The notes: generated by a model from the sequence alone, not told the origin. A stretch of DNA of 32,000 nt from Zavarzinia marina (GCF_021568905.1 NZ_JAKGSB010000001.1:1091639-1123638), one strand, 5' to 3'; shown: positions 7,615 through 15,953, counted from the first letter of the stretch. Numbers and translations: made by a program.

Positions 7615-8988
7615 GTGGTTGAAAAAGATAAATCGCGGCTGCCGGCCGCGCAGGTCTGGATCTACGGCCTGCCCGCCCTGGCACTGACCGCCGTCGGCAT
7701 TCCCCTGCTGCTGTTCCTGGTGCCCTTCTATACGGAGGAAAAGGGCCTGCACCCCGAGGTGGTGGGCTATGTCCTCTTCACCGTGCGCCTGGCCGACGCC
7801 GTCTTCGATCCCACCTTCGGCACGATTTCGGACCGGCTGCGCACCCGCTGGGGCCGGCGCCGGCCCTGGATGGTGATCGGCGGCGCCCTGCTGGCCATCG
7901 CCATCTGGCACGTCTTCCTGCCGCCCGAAGAGGTCGGCTGGCAGTATTTCGCGCTCTGGACCGTCCTGCTCTACGGCAGTTGGACCATGGTGATCGTGCC
8001 CTATGTCGCCTGGGGCGCCGAGCTCACCGGCAATTTCGACGAACGCACGAGGGTCGCCGGCATCCGCGAAGTCTTCCTGCTGGTCGGCACCGTGCTCACC
8101 GCCGGCGTGCCGACCATCCTGAAGCTCTTCGGCGTGACCGGCCAGACCGCGACCATGGCCGCCATCGGCATCTTCGTCATGGTGATCCTGCCCGTCTCCG
8201 TCGGGCTGATCCTGTGGCGCGTGCCGGAACCGCCGGTGCTCGCCGCCCGGGGCCAGCACCACGGCTGGCGCGCCAGCTTCGACGCGGTCCGCAAGAACGG
8301 GCCCTTCATCCGCCTGATCAGCGCCTTCCTCCTGAACGCGACGGCCCAGGCCATGGTCGCCACGCTGTTCTTCTTCTACGTGAAGTTCGTGCTGCAAGAC
8401 CCTGATTTCGGGCCCATGCTGCTGCTCACCTACTTCCTAGCCGGCATCGTCGCGGTGCCCGCCTGGATGTGGCTGGCGGAGCGTTTCGGCAAGCATCGGA
8501 CATGGGCCTTCTCGATGATCTCGTCGGCCGTCGCCTTCCTGATCACGCCGTTCCTCGGCGCGGGCGACGTCTGGATCTTCTTTGTCATCACCATCTTCAC
8601 GGGGTTCAGCCTCGGCTGCGACCAGATCCTCGCCTCTTCCATGCAGGCGGATGTGGTGGACATCGACTCGATCCGGTCCGGCGAACAGCGCGCCGGGCTC
8701 TATTTCGCGATCTGGAACATGGTGACCAAGCTGGCGTCGGGCATCGCCGCCGGCATCACCCTGCCCCTGCTCGGCCATTTCGGCTTCCGGCCGACCGAGA
8801 CCGGCGACAGTCCCCAGGCGGCGATCATCGCCCTGATCGCGCTCTTCGCCGTGGTGCCGCCGGTGCTGCGGCTGCTGTCGGTGCGGATCATCTGGAACTA
8901 CCCGATCACCCGCGAGCGCCACGCGAGGCTCCGCGCCATGATGGAGCGGAAACTGGCCCGCCAGGCCGCGCGCAGGAAGACGGCCTGA
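7615..8988 (+). CDS. MFS transporter of the GPH (glycoside-pentoside-hexuronide:cation symporter) type.
   Basis: 457 aa with about 12 hydrophobic segments and the GPH motif DAVFDPTFGTISDRLRTRWGRRRPWM. It uses a GTG start and has no clear Shine-Dalgarno sequence, so the start is uncertain. Confidence 0.75.
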   Translation: MVEKDKSRLPAAQVWIYGLPALALTAVGIPLLLFLVPFYTEEKGLHPEVVGYVLFTVRLADAVFDPTFGTISDRLRTRWGRRRPWMVIGGALLAIAIWHVFLPPEEVGWQYFALWTVLLYGSWTMVIVPYVAWGAELTGNFDERTRVAGIREVFLLVGTVLTAGVPTILKLFGVTGQTATMAAIGIFVMVILPVSVGLILWRVPEPPVLAARGQHHGWRASFDAVRKNGPFIRLISAFLLNATAQAMVATLFFFYVKFVLQDPDFGPMLLLTYFLAGIVAVPAWMWLAERFGKHRTWAFSMISSAVAFLITPFLGAGDVWIFFVITIFTGFSLGCDQILASSMQADVVDIDSIRSGEQRAGLYFAIWNMVTKLASGIAAGITLPLLGHFGFRPTETGDSPQAAIIALIALFAVVPPVLRLLSVRIIWNYPITRERHARLRAMMERKLARQAARRKTA

Positions 8989-8997
8989 GCCGGCCCC

Positions 8998-9471
8998 TCA
9001 GGCGACCCGCAGCCGCCGCCGGATCAGGCGCAGCAGGGTGCCGATCACGGGCAATGTCTCGTAGAACTGGCCGGCCGCGTCCCAATGATCGGCATGGGCG
9101 GCAACGACGCCGCGCCCGCGATCGAGATCGAGCAGGCTCATCCCCTCGATCACGCGCAAGGGCGCACCGCGACCACGGCGCAGGCGATAATCCATGCGCC
9201 ACAGCAGAGCCGCGCGCGCATCGTCCTCGAAACGGGCGGTCACCTTGAAGACGACGTCGGTACAGTCGCGGAAGAGATGGGCGAAGATCGCCTTGGTCGG
9301 CCCGAGGCCGAGGACGGCGTTGAAGGGGTCGCGAAAGGCGATGTCGGGCGCCATCACGGTATCCAGCCTGTCCAGGGTTTCCGCCGTCAAGCCTTCGAGC
9401 ACGGCGACATAACGGCCGAGCAGATCGGTCCCGCCGGCGGCCCGGAGCGGTGGCGGCCCTGCCCCGACCAT
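8998..9471 (-). CDS. SnoaL/NTF2-like fold protein.
   Basis: 157 aa. The size and pattern (LDxVMAPDIAFRDPF...GxxxI...F) are typical of NTF2-like proteins found in cfa/ChrR clusters. The start lies 1 nt after the chrR stop, so the two genes are translationally coupled. Confidence 0.55.
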   Translation of the reverse strand: MVGAGPPPLRAAGGTDLLGRYVAVLEGLTAETLDRLDTVMAPDIAFRDPFNAVLGLGPTKAIFAHLFRDCTDVVFKVTARFEDDARAALLWRMDYRLRRGRGAPLRVIEGMSLLDLDRGRGVVAAHADHWDAAGQFYETLPVIGTLLRLIRRRLRVA

Positions 9472-9472
9472 C

Positions 9473-10132
9473 TTAGTCGCGCCTGCCGCTCAGGACGTTC
9501 AGCATGCGGGCGACGGGCCCGGTGAAATGCGGCACCGCCCGGGTCAGGCAGAAGCAGATGCAGTCGCCGCCGGCATCCGCCGTCGGCCGGTGATGGATGC
9601 TGGGGTCGGCGAAGCAGATGTCGCCCGGACCGTAGTGGGCATGGCCATCGTGGAAGCCGCCGGTCAGCACGAGGGTCATTTCACCGTCGGTATGGGTGTG
9701 GCGGGGAACACTGCGCCCGCCCCTGATCTTCATCAGTTCCGCCTGCATGCCGTGTTCGCTGTCGATGACATGGCGCCGGACCCCCGGCAGGAGCGGTCGC
9801 CAGCGCAGCCCATCCGCATCGCAGTGGAGATAGGCGCGCAGCGACGGCGGCAGGATGCCGCGCTCCGCGCCGGACGGCGGCGCGAGGGGCGGAAATGTCG
9901 CCGGGGGCATGTCGACGATCTTCCGGATCATGCCGGCCGCCGCTTCGGGCGTCAGGTCGGCGGGCTCACCCTGTTCCAGGGCCAGGGCGCCGACGCCGCT
10001 CAACCATCGAAGCTGGCGCCGGCAGTCCTCGCAATAGTCGGCATGAATGTCGATCAGAAGATCCTGCAGACCGCCGCCGGGCGCGGCCGCATGGTCGATC
10101 AGCATTTCCGGAAAGGGATGAGACCAGGTCAT
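9473..10132 (-). CDS. chrR: ChrR-family anti-sigma-E factor, with an N-terminal zinc anti-sigma domain and a C-terminal cupin domain.
   Basis: 219 aa. The N-terminus has H5...H-x3-C-x2-C (IHADYCEDC), matching the ChrR zinc-binding anti-sigma domain. The C-terminus has the cupin ligands PRHTHTDGEMTLVLTG and a later HH. Confidence 0.85.
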   Translation of the reverse strand: MTWSHPFPEMLIDHAAAPGGGLQDLLIDIHADYCEDCRRQLRWLSGVGALALEQGEPADLTPEAAAGMIRKIVDMPPATFPPLAPPSGAERGILPPSLRAYLHCDADGLRWRPLLPGVRRHVIDSEHGMQAELMKIRGGRSVPRHTHTDGEMTLVLTGGFHDGHAHYGPGDICFADPSIHHRPTADAGGDCICFCLTRAVPHFTGPVARMLNVLSGRRD

Positions 10133-10175
10133 CGCAAACGTCGATCCGCATCGTCACGCTCGAAATCTGTCCTGA

Positions 10176-10202
10176 ATACGACGCGATGCGCGGCGCGGAT
10201 CA
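10176..10202 (-). promoter_or_regulatory. ECF sigma-E-type promoter candidate: TGATCC-N16-CGTAT, read on the minus strand.
   Basis: The reverse complement reads caTGATCCgcgccgcgcatcgcgtCGTATTcagg. The -10 ends about 43 nt upstream of the chrR ATG. The spacing and hexamers match the phr-operon site. Confidence 0.65.
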
Positions 10203-10215
10203 TGCTGCGTCCGCG

Positions 10216-10258
10216 AAAAATGAATCCAAATCCCGCCGGCGCGATCGCCGGCGGGATT
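10216..10258 (-). terminator. Rho-independent terminator of the Gly-zipper lipoprotein gene.
   Basis: A perfect 13-bp stem AATCCCGCCGGCG / CGCCGGCGGGATT with a 4-nt loop. On the minus strand it is followed by TGGATTCATTTTT. Confidence 0.7.
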
Positions 10259-10281
10259 CGGGCCCTTCCGGTCTTCGCGGC

Positions 10282-10512
10282 TCAATCGTCGTCGTCGGCC
10301 GTCATGGCGCCGATTGCGGCACCGCCGGCGCCGCCGATCAGGGCACCGCCCACGGCGCTGCCGCCGGTGATCGCGCCGATGGCGGCGCCGGCACCGGCGC
10401 CGATGGCGCCGCCCGACAGGGCGCGCTGTTCCTGATGGTTCAGACCGGAGCAGGCGCCGAGACCGAGCACGGCAACCAGGGAAAGCGCGGCGATCGTCTT
10501 GGACTTGAACAT
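10282..10512 (-). CDS. Small Gly-zipper lipoprotein (76 aa).
   Basis: An internal ATG at 10512 is preceded by AGGAGG. The signal peptide MFKSKTIAALSLVAVLGLGAC contains a lipobox (L-G-A-C). The mature part is GxxxG/A repeats (GGAIGAGAGAAIGAITGG...) and ends in DDDD. The track ORF (116 aa) has an implausible upstream extension. Confidence 0.7.
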   Translation of the reverse strand: MFKSKTIAALSLVAVLGLGACSGLNHQEQRALSGGAIGAGAGAAIGAITGGSAVGGALIGGAGGAAIGAMTADDDD

Positions 10513-10668
10513 GGCTCGTCCTCCTATCAGACTTGCTGGGTCGCTTGCCTTTCGGCAGGCCCCCTCGCCCCCTGCGCATAGAACCAACGGAATTGCCCGC
10601 CCAAGGTTCCGATGCGCCGCATCTTCCGCCAACCCTTTGTCGTATCAGCTTTTTTCGGAGTGTCCTGG

Positions 10669-11289
10669 ATGGACAGGAAAGTCGAAGTCTCGTCCCTCGA
10701 GATCGTCCACGGCGGTTTCTACCCGAAGGTGGTGGTACGCCTTCGCTATCGCCGCTTCGACGGTTCGATGAGCGCGGAAGTCAGCCGCGACATGCTGGAA
10801 CAGGGGCTGGCGGCGGTCGTGCTGCCCTATGATCCGGCGCGCGATCTGGTCCTGCTGATCGAGCAGTTCCGCCCCGCGCCCCTGCTGCTGGACGACGACC
10901 CCTGGCTGTTCGAGGCGGTCGCCGGCCGCACCGAAGCGACAGAGGATGCGGCGGTCACGGCCCGCCGCGAGGCGGTGGAGGAAGCCGGCGTCGACATCAT
11001 CGACCTTGCCGAGGTGGCGGCGGTCTATCCTTCCCCCGGCTGCCTGAAGGAACGCGCCACCATCTTCGTCGGCCGCTGCGACCTGTCGCCGGGGGACGGG
11101 GGCGTCCACGGCCTCGACGCCGAGGAAGAGGACATCCGCACCCACATCCTGCCGTTCGAGGCGGCCATGGCGCTGGCCGGCCAGGGCAAGCTGCGCAGCA
11201 TGCCGGCCCTGCTGGCGCTCTATTGGCTGGCCCTGAACCGCGACGACCTGCGCCGGCGCTGGGCCGATCCGCCACGCCGCGAGGCTTGA
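10669..11289 (+). CDS. NUDIX hydrolase, ADP-ribose pyrophosphatase-like.
   Basis: Contains the Nudix box GRTEATEDAAVTARREAVEEAGV. I chose the start at the internal ATG at 10669 (MDRKVEV). Confidence 0.75.
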   Translation: MDRKVEVSSLEIVHGGFYPKVVVRLRYRRFDGSMSAEVSRDMLEQGLAAVVLPYDPARDLVLLIEQFRPAPLLLDDDPWLFEAVAGRTEATEDAAVTARREAVEEAGVDIIDLAEVAAVYPSPGCLKERATIFVGRCDLSPGDGGVHGLDAEEEDIRTHILPFEAAMALAGQGKLRSMPALLALYWLALNRDDLRRRWADPPRREA

Positions 11290-11358
11290 ACCGGCCCTGT
11301 CGCGCCATTAGGTTCAGCGGTAACCAAACCCAGAACATAAAGACGGGCGCAACCGCGC

Positions 11359-12357
11359 ATGGCGATTCGCGAAGACTTCATCGACACCATCGGAAATACC
11401 CCCCTGATCCGCCTCAGGGCGGCATCGGCGGCAACGGGTTGCGAGATCCTGGGCAAGGCCGAATTCCTCAACCCCGGCGGTTCGGTCAAGGACCGTGCCG
11501 CCCTCTTCATCGTGCGCGATGCCGAACGCCGGGGCCTGTTGCGGCCGGGCGGCGTGATCGTCGAGGGCACGGCGGGCAATACCGGCATCGGCCTGTCGCT
11601 GGTCGGCAATGCGCTCGGCTATCGCACCGTGATCGTGATGCCCGAGACCCAGTCCCAGGAAAAGAAGGACATGCTGCGCCTCGCCGGCGCCGACCTTCGA
11701 CTGGTGCCGGCGGTGCCCTACGCCAACCCGATGAACTACGTGAAATATTCGGGACGCCTCGCGGAAGAGATCGCGGCGCAGGAGCCGGCGGGGGCGATCT
11801 GGGCCAATCAGTTCGACAATGTGGCCAACCGTCAGGCCCATTACGAGACGACGGGGCCGGAAATCTGGACCGATACCGAGGGCAAGGTCGACGGCTTCGT
11901 CGCCGCCGTCGGCTCGGGCGGCACCCTGGCGGGCGTCGCCATGTACCTGAAGGAACGGAATCCGGACGTGAAGATCGCGCTGGCCGACCCGCCGGGCGCC
12001 GCCCTCTTCAGCTATTACACCACGGGCGAACTGAAATCCGCCGGCACCTCCATCACCGAAGGCATCGGCCAGGGCCGCATCACCGCCAATCTCGAGGGCC
12101 TGTCGGTCGACATGGCCTATCAGATCCCGGATGACGAGAGCCTGCCGGTCGCCTTCGACCTTCTGAAGCAGGAAGGGCTCTGCCTCGGCGGCTCCAGCGG
12201 CGTCAATGTGGCCGGCGCCATACGCCTCGCCCGTGACCTCGGCCCCGGCCATACCATCGTCACCGTGCTTTGCGACGGCGGCCAGCGCTATCAGAGCAAG
12301 ATGTACAATCCCGAATTCCTGAAGGCGCGGAATCTGCCGTCGCCAGATTGGCTTTGA
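11359..12357 (+). CDS. cysK: Cysteine synthase / CBS-family PLP enzyme.
   Basis: 332 aa. Contains GNTPLIRL, the PLP-lysine motif NPGGSVKDR, the GTAGNTG loop and GSGGTLAG. Confidence 0.8.
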   Translation: MAIREDFIDTIGNTPLIRLRAASAATGCEILGKAEFLNPGGSVKDRAALFIVRDAERRGLLRPGGVIVEGTAGNTGIGLSLVGNALGYRTVIVMPETQSQEKKDMLRLAGADLRLVPAVPYANPMNYVKYSGRLAEEIAAQEPAGAIWANQFDNVANRQAHYETTGPEIWTDTEGKVDGFVAAVGSGGTLAGVAMYLKERNPDVKIALADPPGAALFSYYTTGELKSAGTSITEGIGQGRITANLEGLSVDMAYQIPDDESLPVAFDLLKQEGLCLGGSSGVNVAGAIRLARDLGPGHTIVTVLCDGGQRYQSKMYNPEFLKARNLPSPDWL

Positions 12358-12396
12358 CCAGATTATTGGCTTTGACCGAGAACCGGAGCAACCTCT

Positions 12397-13242
12397 ATGC
12401 CCAATGCGACAGGCCTCGTGACCACCGAATGGCTTGCCCAACACCTGGATGCGCCGGACGTGCGCGTGGTCGATGCCTCATGGTATCTGCCCGGCGCCAA
12501 CCGTAACCCCAAGGCCGAATATGCCGCCGGTCACATTCCGGGCGCGGTCTATTTCGACATCGACGAGATCGCCGATCTCACCTCGCCCCTGCCCCATATG
12601 CTGCCGCCGGCCGAGAAGTTCTCGGCCCGGGTGCGCAAGCTCGGCCTCGGCGACGGTAACCGCATCGTCGTCTACGACGGCGGCGCGCCCTTCGCCGCCG
12701 CCCGCGTGTGGTGGATGTTCCGCGCCTTCGGCCATGACGACGTCATGGTGCTGGACGGCGGCCTGGCCAAATGGCGGGCCGAGGGCCGTCAGGTCGACGA
12801 TCTGCCGCCGATCCCGCGCGAGCGCCATTTCACGGCGCGCGAGAACACCATGCTGCTGCGCGACTACGACCAGGTGCGCCACAATCTGGTGACCCACAAG
12901 GAACAGGTGGTCGACGCCCGCAGCCGCGGCCGTTTCGACGGCACCGAGGCGGAACCCCGCCCCGGCCTGAAGCGCGGCCATATCCCGGGCTCGATCAATG
13001 TCCCGGCGTCCGAACTGCTGGATCCCGAAACCGGCGTCTTCCTGGACCATGCCGCCCTCGCCGCCAAATTCGCCGAAGCCGGCGTCGATCCGCTGAAGCC
13101 GGTGGTCGGCACCTGCGGCTCGGGCGTCACCGCCGCCATCGTGCTGCTGGCGCTCCATGAGATCGGGGCCCGCGATCTCTCGCTCTACGACGGTTCATGG
13201 GCCGAATGGGGCGCGCGCGCCGACGCCCCCGTCGAAGCCTGA
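12397..13242 (+). CDS. sseA: 3-mercaptopyruvate sulfurtransferase (tandem rhodanese).
   Basis: 281 aa with two rhodanese domains. The active-site loop CGSGVTA is characteristic of 3-mercaptopyruvate sulfurtransferases, and HIPGA motifs are present. Confidence 0.85.
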   Translation: MPNATGLVTTEWLAQHLDAPDVRVVDASWYLPGANRNPKAEYAAGHIPGAVYFDIDEIADLTSPLPHMLPPAEKFSARVRKLGLGDGNRIVVYDGGAPFAAARVWWMFRAFGHDDVMVLDGGLAKWRAEGRQVDDLPPIPRERHFTARENTMLLRDYDQVRHNLVTHKEQVVDARSRGRFDGTEAEPRPGLKRGHIPGSINVPASELLDPETGVFLDHAALAAKFAEAGVDPLKPVVGTCGSGVTAAIVLLALHEIGARDLSLYDGSWAEWGARADAPVEA

Positions 13243-13250
13243 GCCCGATC

Positions 13251-13832
13251 TTGAACGAAGAGGCGCCGCCGCCGGACTGGACACCCGAGTCCGGTCCGGC
13301 GCGCGAGAGCCGCATCACCTATCTGGAGATGACGGCCCGCCCGGCCCCGCGCCGGGCCCCGCCACCGATGGAACCCCATGTGCTGATGCGGGTGGAGGAG
13401 CCGCCGCTCGCCTATTACCGCTGGCTCTATCACCACGTCGGGCGGGACTGGATGTGGATCGACCGCCGGCGCTGGGACGACGAGCGCCTGACGGCCCGTC
13501 TGGCCGATCCCGGCTACGGCCTCTATGTCCTGCACCTCAAGGGGGCGCCGGCCGGCTTCTTCGAACTGGTCTCCCATGACGGCGGCACGAGGATCGACCT
13601 CGGTCTGTTCGGCATCATGCCGGAATTCATCGGCCGCAAGCTCGGCCCCTTCATGCTGGATCAGGCGATCCAACTCGGCTGGGAACGCGGCCCTTCGCGC
13701 ATGACCGTCGACACCTGCACCCTCGACCACCCCCGCGCCCTCGCCCTCTATCAGCGCTTCGGCTTCACCCCCTATGCGACGCGCGACCGCCTGGCCTGGC
13801 CGCTGGGGCCTGCTCTCCGGGTGCTGGACTAG
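13251..13832 (+). CDS. GNAT-family N-acetyltransferase.
   Basis: Contains the acetyl-CoA motif GRKLGPFML and a C-terminal ALALYQRFGF. The start is uncertain. I chose the TTG at 13251 to avoid overlapping sseA. The track ORF starts at 13197, and an ATG lies further downstream (ITYLEM). Confidence 0.65.
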   Translation: MNEEAPPPDWTPESGPARESRITYLEMTARPAPRRAPPPMEPHVLMRVEEPPLAYYRWLYHHVGRDWMWIDRRRWDDERLTARLADPGYGLYVLHLKGAPAGFFELVSHDGGTRIDLGLFGIMPEFIGRKLGPFMLDQAIQLGWERGPSRMTVDTCTLDHPRALALYQRFGFTPYATRDRLAWPLGPALRVLD

Positions 13833-14464
13833 GCGCGCGCGAACATCGCCTTCGCCAGCCATTCGGCCTGAACCAGAAGGCGGTCGACCGAATAGGTCTC
13901 GGGATCCGTGAGGCGGAGGCGGACGAGGTCTTCGGAGACGGCATGAAGCATGCGGATCGCCAGTTCGCGGTCCGGATTGGCGAGATGGCTGAGATCGGGA
14001 TCGGCCGTCAGCATGGCCGCTTCCATATGGGCGCGGGTCAGGTGGCGTGCCTCTTCCAGCCGTTCATGGAGTTCCGGCGGGCCGCCCTGGCTCGGCATCA
14101 ACAGCATGCGCCAGGTGGCCGGCGCGGCATCGACCGCTTCGAGGACGCCCGCGACGCCGGCGGCGAAGCGCGACTGGCCCCTGGCCGGCGGGCGCTGGGC
14201 GGCGCGCTCGAAGCCCGCGCCCGCGCGCTCGAACTCCCGGTCGACCATGGCCAGCAACAGGCCCGGCAGATTGCCGAACTGCTGATAGATCAGGGTGCGG
14301 GTGATGCCGCAGGCGCGCGCGATCCGCTCCAGCGTGACGGCGTGAAAACCCTCCGTCACCGCGACGTCGCGGGCCGCATCCATGATCTGGCCGCGCCGCT
14401 TTTCGAGGGACATGCGCCGGCGGGGCGGTGTCTTCGCGGTGCGTTTCAGGCTTGCCGTTTCCAT
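13829..14464 (-). CDS. TetR-family transcriptional regulator.
   Basis: 211 aa with the N-terminal helix-turn-helix GFHAVTLERIARACGITRTLIYQQFGNLPGLL. Confidence 0.85.
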   Translation of the reverse strand: METASLKRTAKTPPRRRMSLEKRRGQIMDAARDVAVTEGFHAVTLERIARACGITRTLIYQQFGNLPGLLLAMVDREFERAGAGFERAAQRPPARGQSRFAAGVAGVLEAVDAAPATWRMLLMPSQGGPPELHERLEEARHLTRAHMEAAMLTADPDLSHLANPDRELAIRMLHAVSEDLVRLRLTDPETYSVDRLLVQAEWLAKAMFARA

Positions 14465-14475
14465 CGTCGCAGCAT

Positions 14476-14508
14476 AACTTACAAATCATAACTTAATAAA
14501 TGTAAGTT
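14476..14508. promoter_or_regulatory. Candidate TetR operator: inverted repeat AACTTACA-N17-TGTAAGTT in an AT-rich divergent promoter region.
   Basis: Read from the sequence. The direct repeat CATAACTTA also occurs twice. It sits in the 59-nt gap between the divergent TetR and MpaB-like genes. Confidence 0.45.
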
Positions 14509-14523
14509 CCCGGGAGGGCGGAT

Positions 14524-15864
14524 ATGGAAAGCCTCGCGTCGTTGCAGGCCCGGGTGGCGGCCCAGGCGGAACGTCTGCCGGCGATGTACGGCAAGGTGGA
14601 TTTCTCGGTCACGCCGGAGCGTTTCGCGGGCGATCTCGACATTCCGAGCACGCTGCGCGGTGAACGCGCCGAGGCGAACCGCCGCCGCCTGCTGGCCGAT
14701 CCCGAGACCGTCGCAAGGGCCCGGGCCTATACGATGCTGGGCGATGCTGTCGCCGACGCCTATGCCGCCCTGATGCCGCAATACGGATTCCGCCGCCTGA
14801 TCGCCATGCTGACCGAGGCTTGCGACAAGGGTGTGGAACAGGTCGCCGACGCGCCGCCGGAACTGGTCGCCTTCATCCGCGCCATGGAGGCGACGCCCGA
14901 CTGGATCGACATGAGCCTGATCGAGGACGGCGCCAGGGCCAGCCGCAATCCGTCCGCCAATCTGGCGCCCTTCGTGGTGCGCGGCGCCTTCGTCGCCACC
15001 TTCCTCAACAAATATTCGGCCCTGCCCATGGCCCTGACCGGCACGCTGTCGCACGAGACGGCGGTGCGCCGGATCAAGGAGACGGCGGCCTTCTTCACGA
15101 CGACCTCCCTGCCCGGCGCCCTCGGCCGTTTCGGCTCCGGCTTCAAGGCGGCGGCCATGGTGCGGCTGATGCATTCCATGGTCCGCTTCAACGTGCTGCG
15201 CGGATCGAGCCGGTGGGATGTCCCGGTCTATGGCATCCCGGTGCCGCAGGTGGACCAGATGCCGGCGGGCACGATCGCCGTCTTCCTGCTGGCCTTCAAG
15301 ATGATGCGCCAGGGCCGCAGCACCTTCACGCCCCAGGAACGGGCCTTCGTCGAGTTCAACCGCTATCGCTGCTGGCTCCTCGGCCTGCCGGAGGATCTGC
15401 TGCCGGCGACGCCCGAAGGCATCAACGACGCCATGACGGTCTACAGCGGCACCTTGCGCGACGGTTACGACGACGAGACCTGCGGCGCCCTGGTGCGCGC
15501 CACCATGGCGGCCTATTTCCCGTCCGACCGCTCCCTGAGGAACCGGGTCTACGACTGGCTGGAAAGAAGCTTCGCCCGCGTCTTCTTCAACCGATCGTTC
15601 CTGGCCGGCGACAAGACCGGCAAGGCCGCGCTGATGGGGGTGGCGCTCCGGCCCTATGACAGGCTGGTCTTCATCGTCATGGGCTTGCTGATCTATGGGC
15701 GGGAGCGGGCCTACAAGCTGGCCCTGCGCGTGCCGGGCCTCCGTGAGATCGCCGACCGCCGCCTGATCGCCAAGCTCGACAGACTGCTGATCGAATACGG
15801 CCACGCCGAATACACCACCGACGCCTCGAAATACCGCGAGGCCGCGCCCCAGGCGGCGGAGTAG
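14524..15864 (+). CDS. MpaB/DUF2236-family oxygenase-like protein.
   Basis: 446 aa. The central block AAAMVRLMHSMVR and the overall helical composition resemble DUF2236 (MpaB / rubber-oxygenase catalytic domain). The assignment is from memory of the family motif only. Confidence 0.5.
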   Translation: MESLASLQARVAAQAERLPAMYGKVDFSVTPERFAGDLDIPSTLRGERAEANRRRLLADPETVARARAYTMLGDAVADAYAALMPQYGFRRLIAMLTEACDKGVEQVADAPPELVAFIRAMEATPDWIDMSLIEDGARASRNPSANLAPFVVRGAFVATFLNKYSALPMALTGTLSHETAVRRIKETAAFFTTTSLPGALGRFGSGFKAAAMVRLMHSMVRFNVLRGSSRWDVPVYGIPVPQVDQMPAGTIAVFLLAFKMMRQGRSTFTPQERAFVEFNRYRCWLLGLPEDLLPATPEGINDAMTVYSGTLRDGYDDETCGALVRATMAAYFPSDRSLRNRVYDWLERSFARVFFNRSFLAGDKTGKAALMGVALRPYDRLVFIVMGLLIYGRERAYKLALRVPGLREIADRRLIAKLDRLLIEYGHAEYTTDASKYREAAPQAAE

Positions 15865-15872
15865 CAGGCTTT

Positions 15873-15953
15873 CGTCGTCCCGGCGAAGGCCGGGACCTTC
15901 CACCGGAAAAAGCGCCCACTGGTCACGAGATCCCGGCCTTCGCCGGGATGACG
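15873..15953. repeat. Inverted pair of REP-like hairpin elements, probably acting as a bidirectional terminator.
   Basis: CGTCGTCCCGGCGAAGGCCGGGA (15873-15895) and TCCCGGCCTTCGCCGGGATGACG (15931-15953) are reverse complements with one mismatch. Each is also internally palindromic. A T6 run follows the second copy. One frame translates as VIPAKAGI, a hallmark of a dispersed repeat family in alphaproteobacteria. Confidence 0.6.

Noticed and set aside
10133-10281. I looked for a missing or degraded rpoE (ECF sigma) gene upstream of chrR.
   Set aside because: Only 149 nt are available. They are accounted for by a promoter-like motif and a strong terminator, and no sigma-70 region 2 or region 4 remnant is translatable in any frame. 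The absence itself is reported as a finding instead.
10619-10645. A possible third sigma-E-type promoter upstream of the NUDIX gene (GCATCT-N16-CGTATC).
   Set aside because: The CGTAT element and the spacing fit, but the -35 matches TGATCC at only 3 of 6 positions. This is too weak to call without a genome-wide model.
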